Assembly (NCBI GenBank): GCA_963709585.1
Contig: CAVPXI010000004.1
Coordinates: 1 to 64,000 of the forward strand
Length of the DNA: 64,000 bases
Reading direction: 5' to 3'
Source: Candidatus Dormiibacterota bacterium
GTDB lineage: Bacteria > Chloroflexota > Dormibacteria > Aeolococcales > Aeolococcaceae
A program made the translations under genes and the position numbers. Of the stretch, positions 28,789 through 39,079 are shown piece by piece (the stretch's first letter is position 1; each line of letters begins with the position of its first letter). The notes under the pieces are model-generated. The model saw nothing but the letters and a program-made list of their open reading frames with translations. It had not been told where the DNA came from and made no database searches.

Positions 28789-29773
28789 AGCCGTTGTCGC
28801 GATACCAGCGCACGGCGCGTTCGATTGCGTCGGCTGCGCTCGAAGGACGGTATCCGAGCTCGGAGACCGCCCTCGCGCTCGACGAGTACATCTCGAGGCG
28901 GCCCATGCGCACCCCTTCGAGCGGAATCGCGGGCACACCGCCGGTGACCCGGACGCGAACAGCGTCAACCCGCGCCCCAGCGGCGGCGATTGCGTAGGGA
29001 AGTCGAAACGTCCGCTCCGGCCTGCCTGACGCCCGCGCGATCAGCCGCCACAGCTCCGCGAGCGTGAGGTTGACGCCTCCCGCGATGTAGCGCTCTCCCG
29101 AGCGTCCGCGCTCGAGCGCCAGCACGTGCGCGTTGGCGACGTCTTCGACGGCGACGACGTTCATGCCCCCGCCCAGGGTTGCGGGCATGCGTCCGCGCAG
29201 CAGGTCGACGATGATCTTGCCGGTCGGCGTCGGCCGCCGGTCAGCGGGGCCGACCGGCGCCGTCGGCAGCACCGTGGTCACCGGGATCGGCGCGCGCAGC
29301 GCCGCCCGCTCGGCGGCGAGCTTGGAGGCGTGGTACGACCACGCCCCGTGGTCGGGGCTCGCCCAGTCGCTCTCGGTCGCCGGATGCGAGCCCGTTGCCG
29401 GCGGCAGCGCCGCCGAGCTGGACGTGACCACGCACCGTTCGACGCCGGCGATGCGCGCCGCCTCGAGGATGCCCGACGTCCCCTGGATGTTCACCGCCGC
29501 GATGGTTGCCCGATCGAGCGGTGAGAACGAGTACAGCGCGGCGGTGTGGATCACGTACCGGCATCCTCGTAGCGCCGGAACCAGCGCTCCCGGTGAGCGC
29601 AGATCCCCGGTCACCGTGACCACACCAGCCGGCGCCTCCCACCGCCCGCGGACGAGCGCACGAACGGTATATCCGCCCACGAGCAGCGCGGTGAGCACGT
29701 GCGATCCGACGAACCCCGACGCACCCGTGAGAAAGACGTCACCCGCGCCGGGCGCTGCCTGCGGCGCGTTCAT
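28778..29773 (-). CDS. hpnA: Hopanoid-associated NAD-dependent epimerase/dehydratase
   Basis: TGASGFVG, YHASK, PTPTGKI motifs; cluster context. Confidence 0.85.
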   Translation of the reverse strand: MNAPQAAPGAGDVFLTGASGFVGSHVLTALLVGGYTVRALVRGRWEAPAGVVTVTGDLRSPGALVPALRGCRYVIHTAALYSFSPLDRATIAAVNIQGTSGILEAARIAGVERCVVTSSSAALPPATGSHPATESDWASPDHGAWSYHASKLAAERAALRAPIPVTTVLPTAPVGPADRRPTPTGKIIVDLLRGRMPATLGGGMNVVAVEDVANAHVLALERGRSGERYIAGGVNLTLAELWRLIARASGRPERTFRLPYAIAAAGARVDAVRVRVTGGVPAIPLEGVRMGRLEMYSSSARAVSELGYRPSSAADAIERAVRWYRDNGYAA

Positions 29774-29774
29774 G

Positions 29775-30812
29775 TCAGTTCAGATGCGACTTGGTCCCGA
29801 GCGGGCGGAGGCTGTCGCGCGCCGCCCGCAGCGATTCGCGCAGCGACGAGGATGTCGCAACCACCGCGGTCGGCTCGTACCCGCAGTGCGCCATGCAGTT
29901 CCCGCAGCGTTCATCGCGGCCTCGACCGTACTTCTCCCACTCGGTCGTCTCGACCAGTTCCCGGTACGAGGTCGCATAGCCGTCCGACATGAGGTAGCAG
30001 GGACGCTGCCAGCCGAGCACCGAGTAGCTCGGGATTCCCCACGCGGTGCAGCTGAAGTCGACCTTGCCCTCGAGGAAGTCGAGGAACAGCGGGGAGTGGT
30101 TGAGCCGCCACTTCTTGCGCCGTCCATCCGCGAACGCATCGCGGAAGATCGCATGAGTGCGCTCGACATTGAGCCAGTGGTCCTGGTCGGGCGCCTTCTC
30201 ATAGGCGTAGCCGGGTGAGATCTGCATGCTGTCGACCTGCACCTCGTCGTTGAGGAAGTCGAGCACGCCACGGATCGAACGCGCGTCGTCCTGGTCGAAG
30301 AAGGTCGTGTTGGTGGTGACGCGGAAGCCGCGCGCCTTGGCTGCCGCGATGGCGGCGATGGCTTTGTCGAACACGCCGGTGCGGCAGACGGACTCGTCGT
30401 GGCGCTCGCGGAGGCCGTCGATATGAATCGAGAACGAGAAGTACGGCGAGGGTGTGAAGAGATCGAGCTTCTTCTCGAGCAGGAGCGCGTTGGTGCAGAG
30501 ATAGACGTAGCGCTTGCGGGCGACCAGCGCGTTGACGATCTGGTCGATCTCCTTGTGTACCAAGGGCTCTCCGCCTGCGATCGACACCATCGGCGCCTCG
30601 CATTCCTCGACCGCGTCGATGCACTGCTGCACCGTCAGCCGCCGCTGGAGGATCGCGTCCTCGTGCTGGATCTTTCCGCAGCCCGCGCACGCCAGGTTGC
30701 ATTGGTAGAGCGGTTCGAGCTGGAGCACGAGCGCGAACTTCTCATTGCGGCGCAGCCGTTGCCGGGCCACGTAGCTCCCAACTCGTATCGCCTGTCGCAG
30801 TGGCACCGCCAT
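29775..30812 (-). CDS. hpnH: Adenosyl-hopene transferase (radical SAM)
   Basis: LEPLYQCNLACAGCGKI, C-terminal CGNCMAHCGYE; AAGGAG RBS. Confidence 0.95.
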   Translation of the reverse strand: MAVPLRQAIRVGSYVARQRLRRNEKFALVLQLEPLYQCNLACAGCGKIQHEDAILQRRLTVQQCIDAVEECEAPMVSIAGGEPLVHKEIDQIVNALVARKRYVYLCTNALLLEKKLDLFTPSPYFSFSIHIDGLRERHDESVCRTGVFDKAIAAIAAAKARGFRVTTNTTFFDQDDARSIRGVLDFLNDEVQVDSMQISPGYAYEKAPDQDHWLNVERTHAIFRDAFADGRRKKWRLNHSPLFLDFLEGKVDFSCTAWGIPSYSVLGWQRPCYLMSDGYATSYRELVETTEWEKYGRGRDERCGNCMAHCGYEPTAVVATSSSLRESLRAARDSLRPLGTKSHLN

Positions 30813-30837
30813 GGCTGTCTCCTTGTGTCTCTTCGGG

Positions 30838-32712
30838 TTATCGGTGGGCGACGAGCTCGCGCTCGACGGCGGGTTGTGCGCTCTGGATGGACTCGCCGCC
30901 GGCGAGCGCCAGGGTCGGAAACACGTGTCGGTAGAGGTGGTAATTGATGTAGAAGTCTCCGGGGAACCCGGTGCCGGTGTGCTCGGGCTCGTCCCAGGTG
31001 CCGTCCCGCTGACGCTCCAGCAGGAACGCCCGGCCGCGCGCGCATGCGGGGTCGTCACCGCGCCCCGCGAGCTGCAGGGTGAGCATCGCCCACGCGGTCT
31101 GCGACGGCGTGCTGGTGCCGACCCCGGCGAACAACTCATCGACATAGGAGTGACAGGATTCACCCCAGCCGCCGTCCGGGTTCTGCACCCGGCGCACCCA
31201 CGCAGCAGCGTCGCTCACCATGTCGCCGCCGGTGCGCAGCGCGACCAGCGCGCTGACCACGCACCAGGTGCCATAGATGTGGTTCACGCCCCAGCGGCCG
31301 TACCACGAACCCCACGGACGCTGCGTGGCGCGCAGGTATGCGAGGGCGCGCGGGATGTCGGCGTCGTCGACGCCGCAGCCGACCGCGGCCAGCATCTCGA
31401 TGACGTGCGCGGTCACGTCCTCGGACGGCGGATCGAGCATCGCCCCGAAATCAGCGAACGGCAGCTTGTACACCAGGGCGCGCGTGTTGTCCTTGTCGAA
31501 CGCCGCCCAGGCACCATTGCGAGAGCGCATCGCTCTGCACCACCGGACGGCGTCGGCGACCGGCTTCGCCACGCGCGCCGGGTCGCCTGACTCCAGCAGC
31601 GCGAGGACGACGACCGCGGTGTCGTCGACGTCGGGATAGATGTCGTTGTCGAACTCGAAGGCCCAACCGCCGCATCCGTCGAATGGCACCTTGACGTTCC
31701 AGTCGCCACCCCCCGAGATCTGCTCGGCGAGCAGCCACTCCACCGCGCTGCGCAGCGCCGCATGCTCGCGCGGAATCCCGGCTTTGCGTAGCGCGAGCAT
31801 CGCCCACGCCGTATCCCACACCGGCGACATGCATGCCTGGAGACGCCAGCCCTGCTCGTCGTCGATGGCGAATCGACGGAATCCCTCGAGCCCGCGGCGG
31901 ATGACCGGGTGATCGAGCGACATGCCCTCGAGGTTCAGCGCTATCAGCGAGTAGACCCATGGAGGCTGGATCCCGCCCCAGCCGCCGTCGGCCTCCTGCC
32001 GTTGGGTGATCCAATCGACGAGCCGGCCGCGCGAGGCCGCGCGTCCCGGTTGACGGGGCAGACGGTCGTAGAGCTTCAGCGCATGGTCGAGCCACAGGAA
32101 CACGCCGGAGCCGGAGACGCGCTGCATCCGGGGTTCGCTTCCAGGGACGATCACCTCGTCGACGCTGACCCCGAGGTCGCGGACGGGGCGCCGCGAGATG
32201 ACGATGAGCAGCGGCGCGATCGTGCCTCGCGCCCAGCATGCGAAGTCGTACAGGTTGAGTGGCGCCCACGAGGGGAGACGCACCAGCTCGGGTGGCATGC
32301 TCGGCACGCCATCCCACGGAAAGACGCCGAAGAGCGCGAGCCAGATCTTGGTGAAGACGCGCGCTTCGGCCAGCCCGCCCTGGTCGAGAATCATGCGCAG
32401 CGCCTTGCGCAGCGGCGCTTGGGTCGCGTCGATCCCGAGGACCCGAAGCGCGACATACGCCTCGATGGTCGTGCTCAGATCGCCAGGGCCGTCGTGGTAC
32501 AGCGCCCATGTGCCGTCATCGCGCTGCGCTCCGAGAATATGACGGGCCGCCCCCTCGCGGATGTCGTCGTGCGATGCGCCGAGGAATCGGAGCAGGAGCA
32601 CGTGCTCGGCGGTCATGGTGACGTTGGTTTCGAGCTCGCCGCTCCACCACCCGGATGCATCCTGGTGCGCGACCAGCCAGTCGACCGCGGAGCCCAGCGC
32701 CTCAGACGGCAC
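30838..32712 (-). CDS. shc: Squalene-hopene cyclase
   Basis: YPDVDDTAVV catalytic motif, QW repeats, GTGFPGDFYINY. Confidence 0.98.
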   Translation of the reverse strand: MPSEALGSAVDWLVAHQDASGWWSGELETNVTMTAEHVLLLRFLGASHDDIREGAARHILGAQRDDGTWALYHDGPGDLSTTIEAYVALRVLGIDATQAPLRKALRMILDQGGLAEARVFTKIWLALFGVFPWDGVPSMPPELVRLPSWAPLNLYDFACWARGTIAPLLIVISRRPVRDLGVSVDEVIVPGSEPRMQRVSGSGVFLWLDHALKLYDRLPRQPGRAASRGRLVDWITQRQEADGGWGGIQPPWVYSLIALNLEGMSLDHPVIRRGLEGFRRFAIDDEQGWRLQACMSPVWDTAWAMLALRKAGIPREHAALRSAVEWLLAEQISGGGDWNVKVPFDGCGGWAFEFDNDIYPDVDDTAVVVLALLESGDPARVAKPVADAVRWCRAMRSRNGAWAAFDKDNTRALVYKLPFADFGAMLDPPSEDVTAHVIEMLAAVGCGVDDADIPRALAYLRATQRPWGSWYGRWGVNHIYGTWCVVSALVALRTGGDMVSDAAAWVRRVQNPDGGWGESCHSYVDELFAGVGTSTPSQTAWAMLTLQLAGRGDDPACARGRAFLLERQRDGTWDEPEHTGTGFPGDFYINYHLYRHVFPTLALAGGESIQSAQPAVERELVAHR

Positions 32713-34040
32713 GGGCCACCTCCCGCGCCGGCCCGGCGGCTTGCGCGCTCTGCGCAGACGGCCATGCGGCGGCGTTGCTGTACAGCGTCAGCGCCGCGGT
32801 CCGTCCGCTGCGCACCGCCGACTTGATCGTCGCCGGCCAGCCGGTGTCGGTCCACGCACCCGCGATCACGAGGTTGGAGAGCACGGTCGTGGGGCCGGGG
32901 CGGCGCACGCCCGGCGCGGGAATGAAGGTGGCGTCGGGGTCGCGCGTCGCGGCCCCACGCAGCAATCGGGCGCGCGCCGCCTGCGGCAGCACCGCGGCCA
33001 GCTCCGTGCGACCGAGCTCGACGAGCTCCCGCTCCGGGCGCTGGACGAGGTCATCGGCCGCGCTCAGGCTGCAGCACACGTATCCAGGCGACTTCTCGAA
33101 CACCCACTGCACCGGCGAGTTCGAGGAGCGCCGCGAAGTCGCACCCCAGGACCGGCCGGTCGTACCAGAGGTGCACATCGACGATGGGCATGGCTTGAAA
33201 GGCGTCCAGCCCGGCGACACCCAACGCCGGTGCGTCGTCGAGCATCGCGTTGAGGCGCTTCGGCGGCACCGCGATGACGCATGCGTCGCACGCGGCCCCG
33301 GCCCCGCCGCTCAGCTTCACGCCGGTGATGCGGTCGCCCTCACGATGCACGCCGACGACGGCCTGGCGGAGGTGAACCCCGTCGAGACGTGCGGCTGCGG
33401 CCTCCGCAAGTCGCGCGAGCGGGACCTTGAGATACGCGATGCGCGCCGCATCGCGATCGCCGAGAAACGCGGTCCGGATGACGAACAGTCCCATCGCCGC
33501 AGACACGCGGTCGAGGGGCGCGTTCAGCGCCGGAACCAGAAACGGCTCCCAGAATGCGCGCAGCGCGCGGCGGCTCTGATGATGCCGGCGCAACCAGGCG
33601 GCCATGTCTCCCTTCGGCGAGACGTCGGTGCGTGCCGCGACCAGCGCGCGTCCCACCCGGACGCGATCGAGCGTGCTCAGGTGCGGATACCGAGCGAAGC
33701 CTGCCATCAGGTGGAGCGGCGCGGGAAGCGCGGAAGCGCGCAGGTGTGCGGGTCGACGCTTGCGCGAGAGCACCGTGACCTCGAATCGCGGCTGGATGTA
33801 GAGCGAATCGGTGAGCCCGAGCTCCTCGACCAGGTCGAGAGTCGCAGTGCAGCAGGCGAGGACCACGTGCTGGCCGCAGTCGACCTCGTGGCCCTCGACC
33901 TCGAACGAGGTTGCCTTACCACCCAGCAGCCGGGAACGCTCGTACAGGTCTACATGCCAGCCGCGCTTGGCGAGCTCGAGCCCGGCGGTGAGGCCCGCGA
34001 GCCCGGCTCCGACGACGGCGACGCGTGGCTGCCGGCTCAT
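32702..34040 (-). CDS. hpnE: Hydroxysqualene dehydroxylase (frameshift near 33120)
   Basis: VVGAGLAGL FAD fold, DCGQHV, C-terminal AGAWTDTGWPATIKSAVRSG. Confidence 0.88.
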
Positions 34041-34900
34041 ACCGCAGCCAGCCAGGAACGAGCCATCACACCCAGCTTCGCCGCCTTCGAGAGCCGCGCG
34101 CGTCCGCGAAGCGGCAGCTCGGGCGCGGCCTCGATCCGATCCAGGATCCCGAGGTAGATCCCGGCCATGGTGCGCACGCACACCGCGGGTTGCTTGGGAA
34201 TGGACTCGGTCACGCGAATGCCGGATCGGTGCAGCTCACGCGCGCGAGCGATCTGCATCGCCATGAAGGCGTGCCAGCCCGGGGCGACGCGGCCGTCGAG
34301 GATGTGTCCCTCGGTGATGCCGAACTCGGCGAGCTCGTCCAGGGGCAGATAGATGCGTCCGCGGGTCGCGTCCTCCTGCACGTCGCGCAGGATGTTGATC
34401 AGCTGCAGAGCCACACCCAGCTCATCGGCGCGTTCCAGCGCGATCGGGTCGCGGAATCCGAAGATGCGCACGCACATCCGCCCGACCACCGACGCGACCA
34501 GGTTGGCATACGCGCGCAGCTCGTCCCACGTCTGGTATCGAGTTTTGGTCAGATCCATCGCCACGCCGTCGATGAGCATGTCGAGCTCGGCGATCGGAAT
34601 CGCGTGACGTCGCATTGCGATCGCGAGCAGGCCCATAACCGGGTCGGTACTGTCGCCGGGGCGCGTTTCGCGGAGGCGGCGTCGATGGTGCTCGAGGCGT
34701 TGGTCGCGCGACGCGCGACCGTCGAGGTCGGCATCGTCATCGACCTGCCGCGCGAAGTCGTAGAGCGCGTAGATCGAGGTGCGCTGCTGACGCGGAAGGG
34801 CGATGAATCCCCAGTAGAAGTTGGCCGCCTCGCGGCGCGCCATGTCCTCGCAGTAGCGCTCCAGTGCGCGAACGTCGGGCAGCGCGGGCGTGTCAAGCAC
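34037..34900 (-). CDS. hpnD: Presqualene diphosphate synthase
   Basis: NFYWGF, YDFARQVDDDAD, QLINILRDVQED, GRIYLP; start approximate. Confidence 0.9.
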   Translation of the reverse strand: MLDTPALPDVRALERYCEDMARREAANFYWGFIALPRQQRTSIYALYDFARQVDDDADLDGRASRDQRLEHHRRRLRETRPGDSTDPVMGLLAIAMRRHAIPIAELDMLIDGVAMDLTKTRYQTWDELRAYANLVASVVGRMCVRIFGFRDPIALERADELGVALQLINILRDVQEDATRGRIYLPLDELAEFGITEGHILDGRVAPGWHAFMAMQIARARELHRSGIRVTESIPKQPAVCVRTMAGIYLGILDRIEAAPELPLRGRARLSKAAKLGVMARSWLAAV

Positions 34901-35774
34901 GCCGGTGTTCCGCCGGCCGCGCCGGCACCGGCACGGCGTGCGCCTCGCCGCCACGCCCGCCCGCTGACAGCGCTGCCGCGATGATTCGCATCCGCGCCGA
35001 TCGATCCACGCTCGGGCGGTGTGCGGCGGTGCGATACCCGGCTGCGGCGATGGCGTCGAGGATCGCCTCACCACCGAGGCGATAGAGCGCCAGTTGCAGG
35101 CGCAGCCGCGGCGGCGCTTGCGCCTCCAAGGCGACGCCCGATGCAAGCAGCGTGCGCGCCCGCTCGCACATCGAGCGTGTCGCGCCTTCGATGCCATGCT
35201 CGCGAATGTCGCTCTGCAGCAGGTAGGTGCGGCCGAGCCGCTTGTCGACCGAGACATCCTGCGCGAAGTTGGCGAGTTGCAGCCCGATGCAGACGTCGTC
35301 ACTCAGCGTCACCGCGGCCGGGTCGCGAATGTCGAACAGGCGGAGCACGATGCGCCCGACCGGCGCAGCCGAATGTGCGCAGTAGCCGCGCAGCGCGGGC
35401 CAATCGTCATACGTGTCGACGCGCTGGTCCTGAATATTGGCGTCGATCAGGTCGACGAAGGGTTGTGCGTCCAACTGGAAACGGCGAACCGTGTCGGTGA
35501 GCGCGACCAGGACAGGATGGGTGCGCTCGTCGTGGTCGAAGCTCTCGCGGGTCTCGTCGCGCCAGCGTCGCAGGCGTCGCATCGCGATCGCACGATCACC
35601 GCTCTCGTCGCCGAGATCATCGGTGAACCTGCAGAACGCGTACACCCTGGTCAGGTCGCGGCGCAGCGACCGCGGCGAGAGCCGTGAGGCGACCGTGAAG
35701 TTCTCGTAGTGCTTGACCAGCTGCCGGCAGTACGCGTCGGCAGCGTCGAGCGACATGGTGGTTTGCGCCGTCAC
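34893..35774 (-). CDS. hpnC: Hydroxysqualene synthase
   Basis: HYENFTVAS, DDLGDE, SAAPVGR, QLANFAQD. Confidence 0.92.
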   Translation of the reverse strand: MTAQTTMSLDAADAYCRQLVKHYENFTVASRLSPRSLRRDLTRVYAFCRFTDDLGDESGDRAIAMRRLRRWRDETRESFDHDERTHPVLVALTDTVRRFQLDAQPFVDLIDANIQDQRVDTYDDWPALRGYCAHSAAPVGRIVLRLFDIRDPAAVTLSDDVCIGLQLANFAQDVSVDKRLGRTYLLQSDIREHGIEGATRSMCERARTLLASGVALEAQAPPRLRLQLALYRLGGEAILDAIAAAGYRTAAHRPSVDRSARMRIIAAALSAGGRGGEAHAVPVPARPAEHRRA

Positions 35775-36844
35775 GGCGCCTGCCCGTCGCGGCGAACCAG
35801 GCGGGCGTCGGTTCGCAAGTCGACGACTCTCGCTGCGCCGACACAGAACATGGCCAGGCGCAGCTCCTCAAGGATCACGATGACGGTCTCGTCGAGCGCC
35901 TCGTCACCCGCTGCGGCGGCGCGCACCAACGGGCCCGCCATCCCGACCGAATCGGCGCCGAGCGTCAGCGCCTTGGCGATGTCGATGCCATTGCGCACTC
36001 CGCCGCTCGCGATCAGCACACCACTCGGAGCCGCGCTGCGCGCGCGGATCAAGGCGTCGGTCGTCGGGATGCCCCAGCCGGCGAAGGACGCCGCAACGCG
36101 CGCCCGGACCGGGTCGCTCATCCGATGGCGCTCGACCTCGCTCCACGACGTGCCACCCGCGCCGGCGACGTCGACCGCGGCCACGCCGGCTTCGAAGAGT
36201 TGCGTCACCAGGTCGTCGGCGATGCCCCAGCCGACCTCCTTGACGATCACCGGCGCGCCCAGCCCCGCGCACACCGCCGCGATCCGCCGGAGCAACCCGG
36301 CGAACCCGGTGTTCCCCGAGGTCTGCAGCGCCTCCTGGAGCGGGTTGAGATGCAGCACCAGCGCATCGGCGCGAAGCACCCGCAGGAGCTGACGGCATTC
36401 GTCGATCCCGACACCGAGGTTGAGTTGCACCGCGCCGAGGTTGGCGAGCAGGGGAACGTCAGGGGCGAGCCCGCGCACGTCGAACGTCGGCAGGACCTCC
36501 GGTCGTTCGAGGAGGACGCGGCAGGAGCCGAGACCCATCGCCAGACCATGGGATTGCGCGACACGAGCGAGCCGCTCGTTGATCACCCGCGTGTGTTCGG
36601 TTCCGCCGGTCATGCACGAGACCAGCAGCGGTGCGCCGACGTGGCGGCCGAGAAGATGGGTGCGCAACTCCACGTCGTCGAGGTCGACCTCCGGAAGGGC
36701 GCGATGCACGAAACGCCAGTCGTCGAAACCGGTTTCGACGCCTTTGGCGGCGACGTCCTCCTCGACGTTGACGCGCAGATGCTCGTCCTTGCGCGAGGCG
36801 GTGCGCGTGCCGGCGCTCGAGTCAGCGGTTGCGTTCAGCAACAT
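35771..36844 (-). CDS. fni: Type 2 isopentenyl-diphosphate isomerase
   Basis: RKDEH, MTGG, HLNPLQE, KEVG, GGTSW, ASGG. Confidence 0.95.
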   Translation of the reverse strand: MLLNATADSSAGTRTASRKDEHLRVNVEEDVAAKGVETGFDDWRFVHRALPEVDLDDVELRTHLLGRHVGAPLLVSCMTGGTEHTRVINERLARVAQSHGLAMGLGSCRVLLERPEVLPTFDVRGLAPDVPLLANLGAVQLNLGVGIDECRQLLRVLRADALVLHLNPLQEALQTSGNTGFAGLLRRIAAVCAGLGAPVIVKEVGWGIADDLVTQLFEAGVAAVDVAGAGGTSWSEVERHRMSDPVRARVAASFAGWGIPTTDALIRARSAAPSGVLIASGGVRNGIDIAKALTLGADSVGMAGPLVRAAAAGDEALDETVIVILEELRLAMFCVGAARVVDLRTDARLVRRDGQAP

Positions 36845-37868
36845 GGATCGCCAGGTCCGCAAAGTCGGTGAGCGCCTGGTCGGGGAGGCCGGTGAGCGCG
36901 GCGATGGCGTCGCGCGCCAGCACCATCGGAACGCCGGCGGTCAGGGCCGGACCACCCAGCTCATCGAGCAGGGCGCGCAGACGGAACTCGCCGCCCGGTT
37001 CCCTTTCGCGAAAGAGGCGTCGCAGCTCGCGACGGCGCACGGGCGTGGCCACCTCGTACGCGGCGACCACCGGGTAGGTGAGCTTGCGCCGGCGCAGGTC
37101 GCCGCTCCGGCCCTTGCCGGTGAGCTGCGGGTCACCCCACGTGCCCAGCCAGTCGTCGCGCACCTGGAAGGCGAGCCCGAGCAGCCTGCCTGCGGCGTCG
37201 AACCGCTGAGCAATCGCGCGCGGTGCTCCCGCGAGCACGGCTCCCGCGGCCATCGCGGCGCCGAGGAGCGCTCCCGTCTTCATTGTGACCAGCCGGAGGT
37301 AGGTCGCCTGGGCGGCGCCGGCGCGACCCTCGAGGGAGAGGTCGAGGCACTGGCCCTCGACGACCTGCACCACCGCGGCACTCAGCAGGTGGGCGGCGCG
37401 CATCCTGCGCCCAGGCCGCGGTCCCGGCGCCAGCATCCCGCTCAGGGCGTTGGCGAACATGCCGTCGCCCGCGTTGATGCCCTGCTCGGTGCCCCAGATC
37501 GCCCACACCGTGGGGCGATGGCGGCGCAGCTGGTCGCCGTCCTGGATGTCGTCGTGGATCAGCGTGAAGTTGTGGATCAGCTCGACGGCGACGGCCGCCG
37601 GCAGCGCCCAGTTCGGGTCGCCCCCGAGCGACTCGCACGCCCAGAGCGCAAGCGCGGGCCGGATCCGCTTTCCGGCCGGCTCGTTCGCGGGGCGCCCCTG
37701 CTCATCGGTCCAGCCGAGATGGTAGGCCGACATCTGGCGGAGCAGCCCCCTGGTGCGAGGAGCCGTCCTTCGCAAGCCAGAGTCGAGTAGGTCCGTATGC
37801 CGATCGAGTAGCGCCGGACGCCCCTCGCTCGGCGCCGACGCATCGATGTCGAGAACGCGTTCCGCCAT
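36822..37868 (-). CDS. Polyprenyl (FPP/GGPP) synthetase
   Basis: GKRIRP, LIHDDIQD, RRHRPT, KT, FQVRDD. Confidence 0.93.
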   Translation of the reverse strand: MAERVLDIDASAPSEGRPALLDRHTDLLDSGLRRTAPRTRGLLRQMSAYHLGWTDEQGRPANEPAGKRIRPALALWACESLGGDPNWALPAAVAVELIHNFTLIHDDIQDGDQLRRHRPTVWAIWGTEQGINAGDGMFANALSGMLAPGPRPGRRMRAAHLLSAAVVQVVEGQCLDLSLEGRAGAAQATYLRLVTMKTGALLGAAMAAGAVLAGAPRAIAQRFDAAGRLLGLAFQVRDDWLGTWGDPQLTGKGRSGDLRRRKLTYPVVAAYEVATPVRRRELRRLFREREPGGEFRLRALLDELGGPALTAGVPMVLARDAIAALTGLPDQALTDFADLAIHVAERNR

Positions 37869-37965
37869 GGGCCTCCCCCTGCCAGGAAAGCTTTCTACGT
37901 CGTAACTATCGCGGAATGGTAACCAACCACCTTCCGCGACGGCAAGCCGGTCAATCGCCGCGGGA

Positions 37966-39018
37966 TCAGCCGTCCTCGGCGGAGGGGAGGACGACCTGGA
38001 ACTCGGTCCCATGGCGAGGCTCGGAGGTCACCGAAACGGTCCCGCCGTGGGCTTCGACCACGTGGCGGACGATGGCGAGGCCGAGCCCCGACCCCTCGCC
38101 GTCGCGCTGCCGCGAGCTGTCCGCCTTCCAGAAGCGCTCGTAAATCCGCGGCAGGTCCGCAGGGGTGATCCCCACGCCGCTGTCGCGACAGCTCAGCACG
38201 ACGTGGCCCGCGTGTCCCGAAGTCGCGCTGATCGCGATTCGCCCGCCCGAGGGTGTGAACTTGATCGCGTTGTGAGCGAGGTTGCGGAGCACCTGGCCGA
38301 GGTGCGAGGCGTCGCCGATCAAGTCCGGGGTCCCCGGAGCGACGCTGATGTCGAACGCGACGCCCTTGCTCTCAGCGAGGGGACGGAGACGGTCCAGGCT
38401 GCCCATCAGCGTGGCGATCGGGACGCGCTCACTGGCCATCGGGCGCAGCCCCGACTCGATCGTGCTCAGCTCGAGCAACTCCTCGACCATCTGGGCCATG
38501 TGCGACGCCTCCTGGCCGATCCGCCGGACGAAGCCGGCGGCCGCGTCCGAGTCCTCGAGGCCACCGTTCGCGAGCGTCTCGGCGATGAGCTGGACCGCGG
38601 TGATCGGGGTGCGCAGCTCGTGCGAGACGTTACTGACAAAGTCGCGCCGAACTCGCTCGAGATGGTGCACGCGCGTCTCGTCTCGCACCACCAGCACGCT
38701 CGCCACCTCACCGTTGAGCGCGATCGCCCGAGCGTTGAAGTCTCGGTCGTGGAGGGTGATCGCGCGCTCCTCGACATGCCCGCTCTGTCGCGCGGCGTCG
38801 AGCAGGCGGATGAGTCGGTAGTCGACCTCGCCGGCGACAAAGTCCGAGCCCTCCACGAGCGCAAGCCCGAGGAGCCGGCGAGCGGGCTCGTTGGCGAGCA
38901 GCACCCGGCCCTTTGCATCGAGGCCGACGATGCCGGGATCGAGCAGCAGCCCCACAGCTCGGAGCACGTCGATGCTTCCTGAGCCGGAGAGAAGTTCGAC
39001 GCCGCTCAACGCCTCCAC
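37966..39018 (-). CDS. phoR: PhoR-like sensor histidine kinase without evident TM segments
   Basis: PAS-like region, FVSNVSHELRTP, NAIKF, GSGLGL; TATACT 7 nt before GTG 39018 (ATG 39054 is an alternative start). Confidence 0.85.
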   Translation of the reverse strand: MEALSGVELLSGSGSIDVLRAVGLLLDPGIVGLDAKGRVLLANEPARRLLGLALVEGSDFVAGEVDYRLIRLLDAARQSGHVEERAITLHDRDFNARAIALNGEVASVLVVRDETRVHHLERVRRDFVSNVSHELRTPITAVQLIAETLANGGLEDSDAAAGFVRRIGQEASHMAQMVEELLELSTIESGLRPMASERVPIATLMGSLDRLRPLAESKGVAFDISVAPGTPDLIGDASHLGQVLRNLAHNAIKFTPSGGRIAISATSGHAGHVVLSCRDSGVGITPADLPRIYERFWKADSSRQRDGEGSGLGLAIVRHVVEAHGGTVSVTSEPRHGTEFQVVLPSAEDG

Positions 39019-39079
39019 CCTGGCGAGTATAAGCGCGTCGCCGAAAGCGCTCATCGAGGCGAAGAGCTAAGCTCATTTC

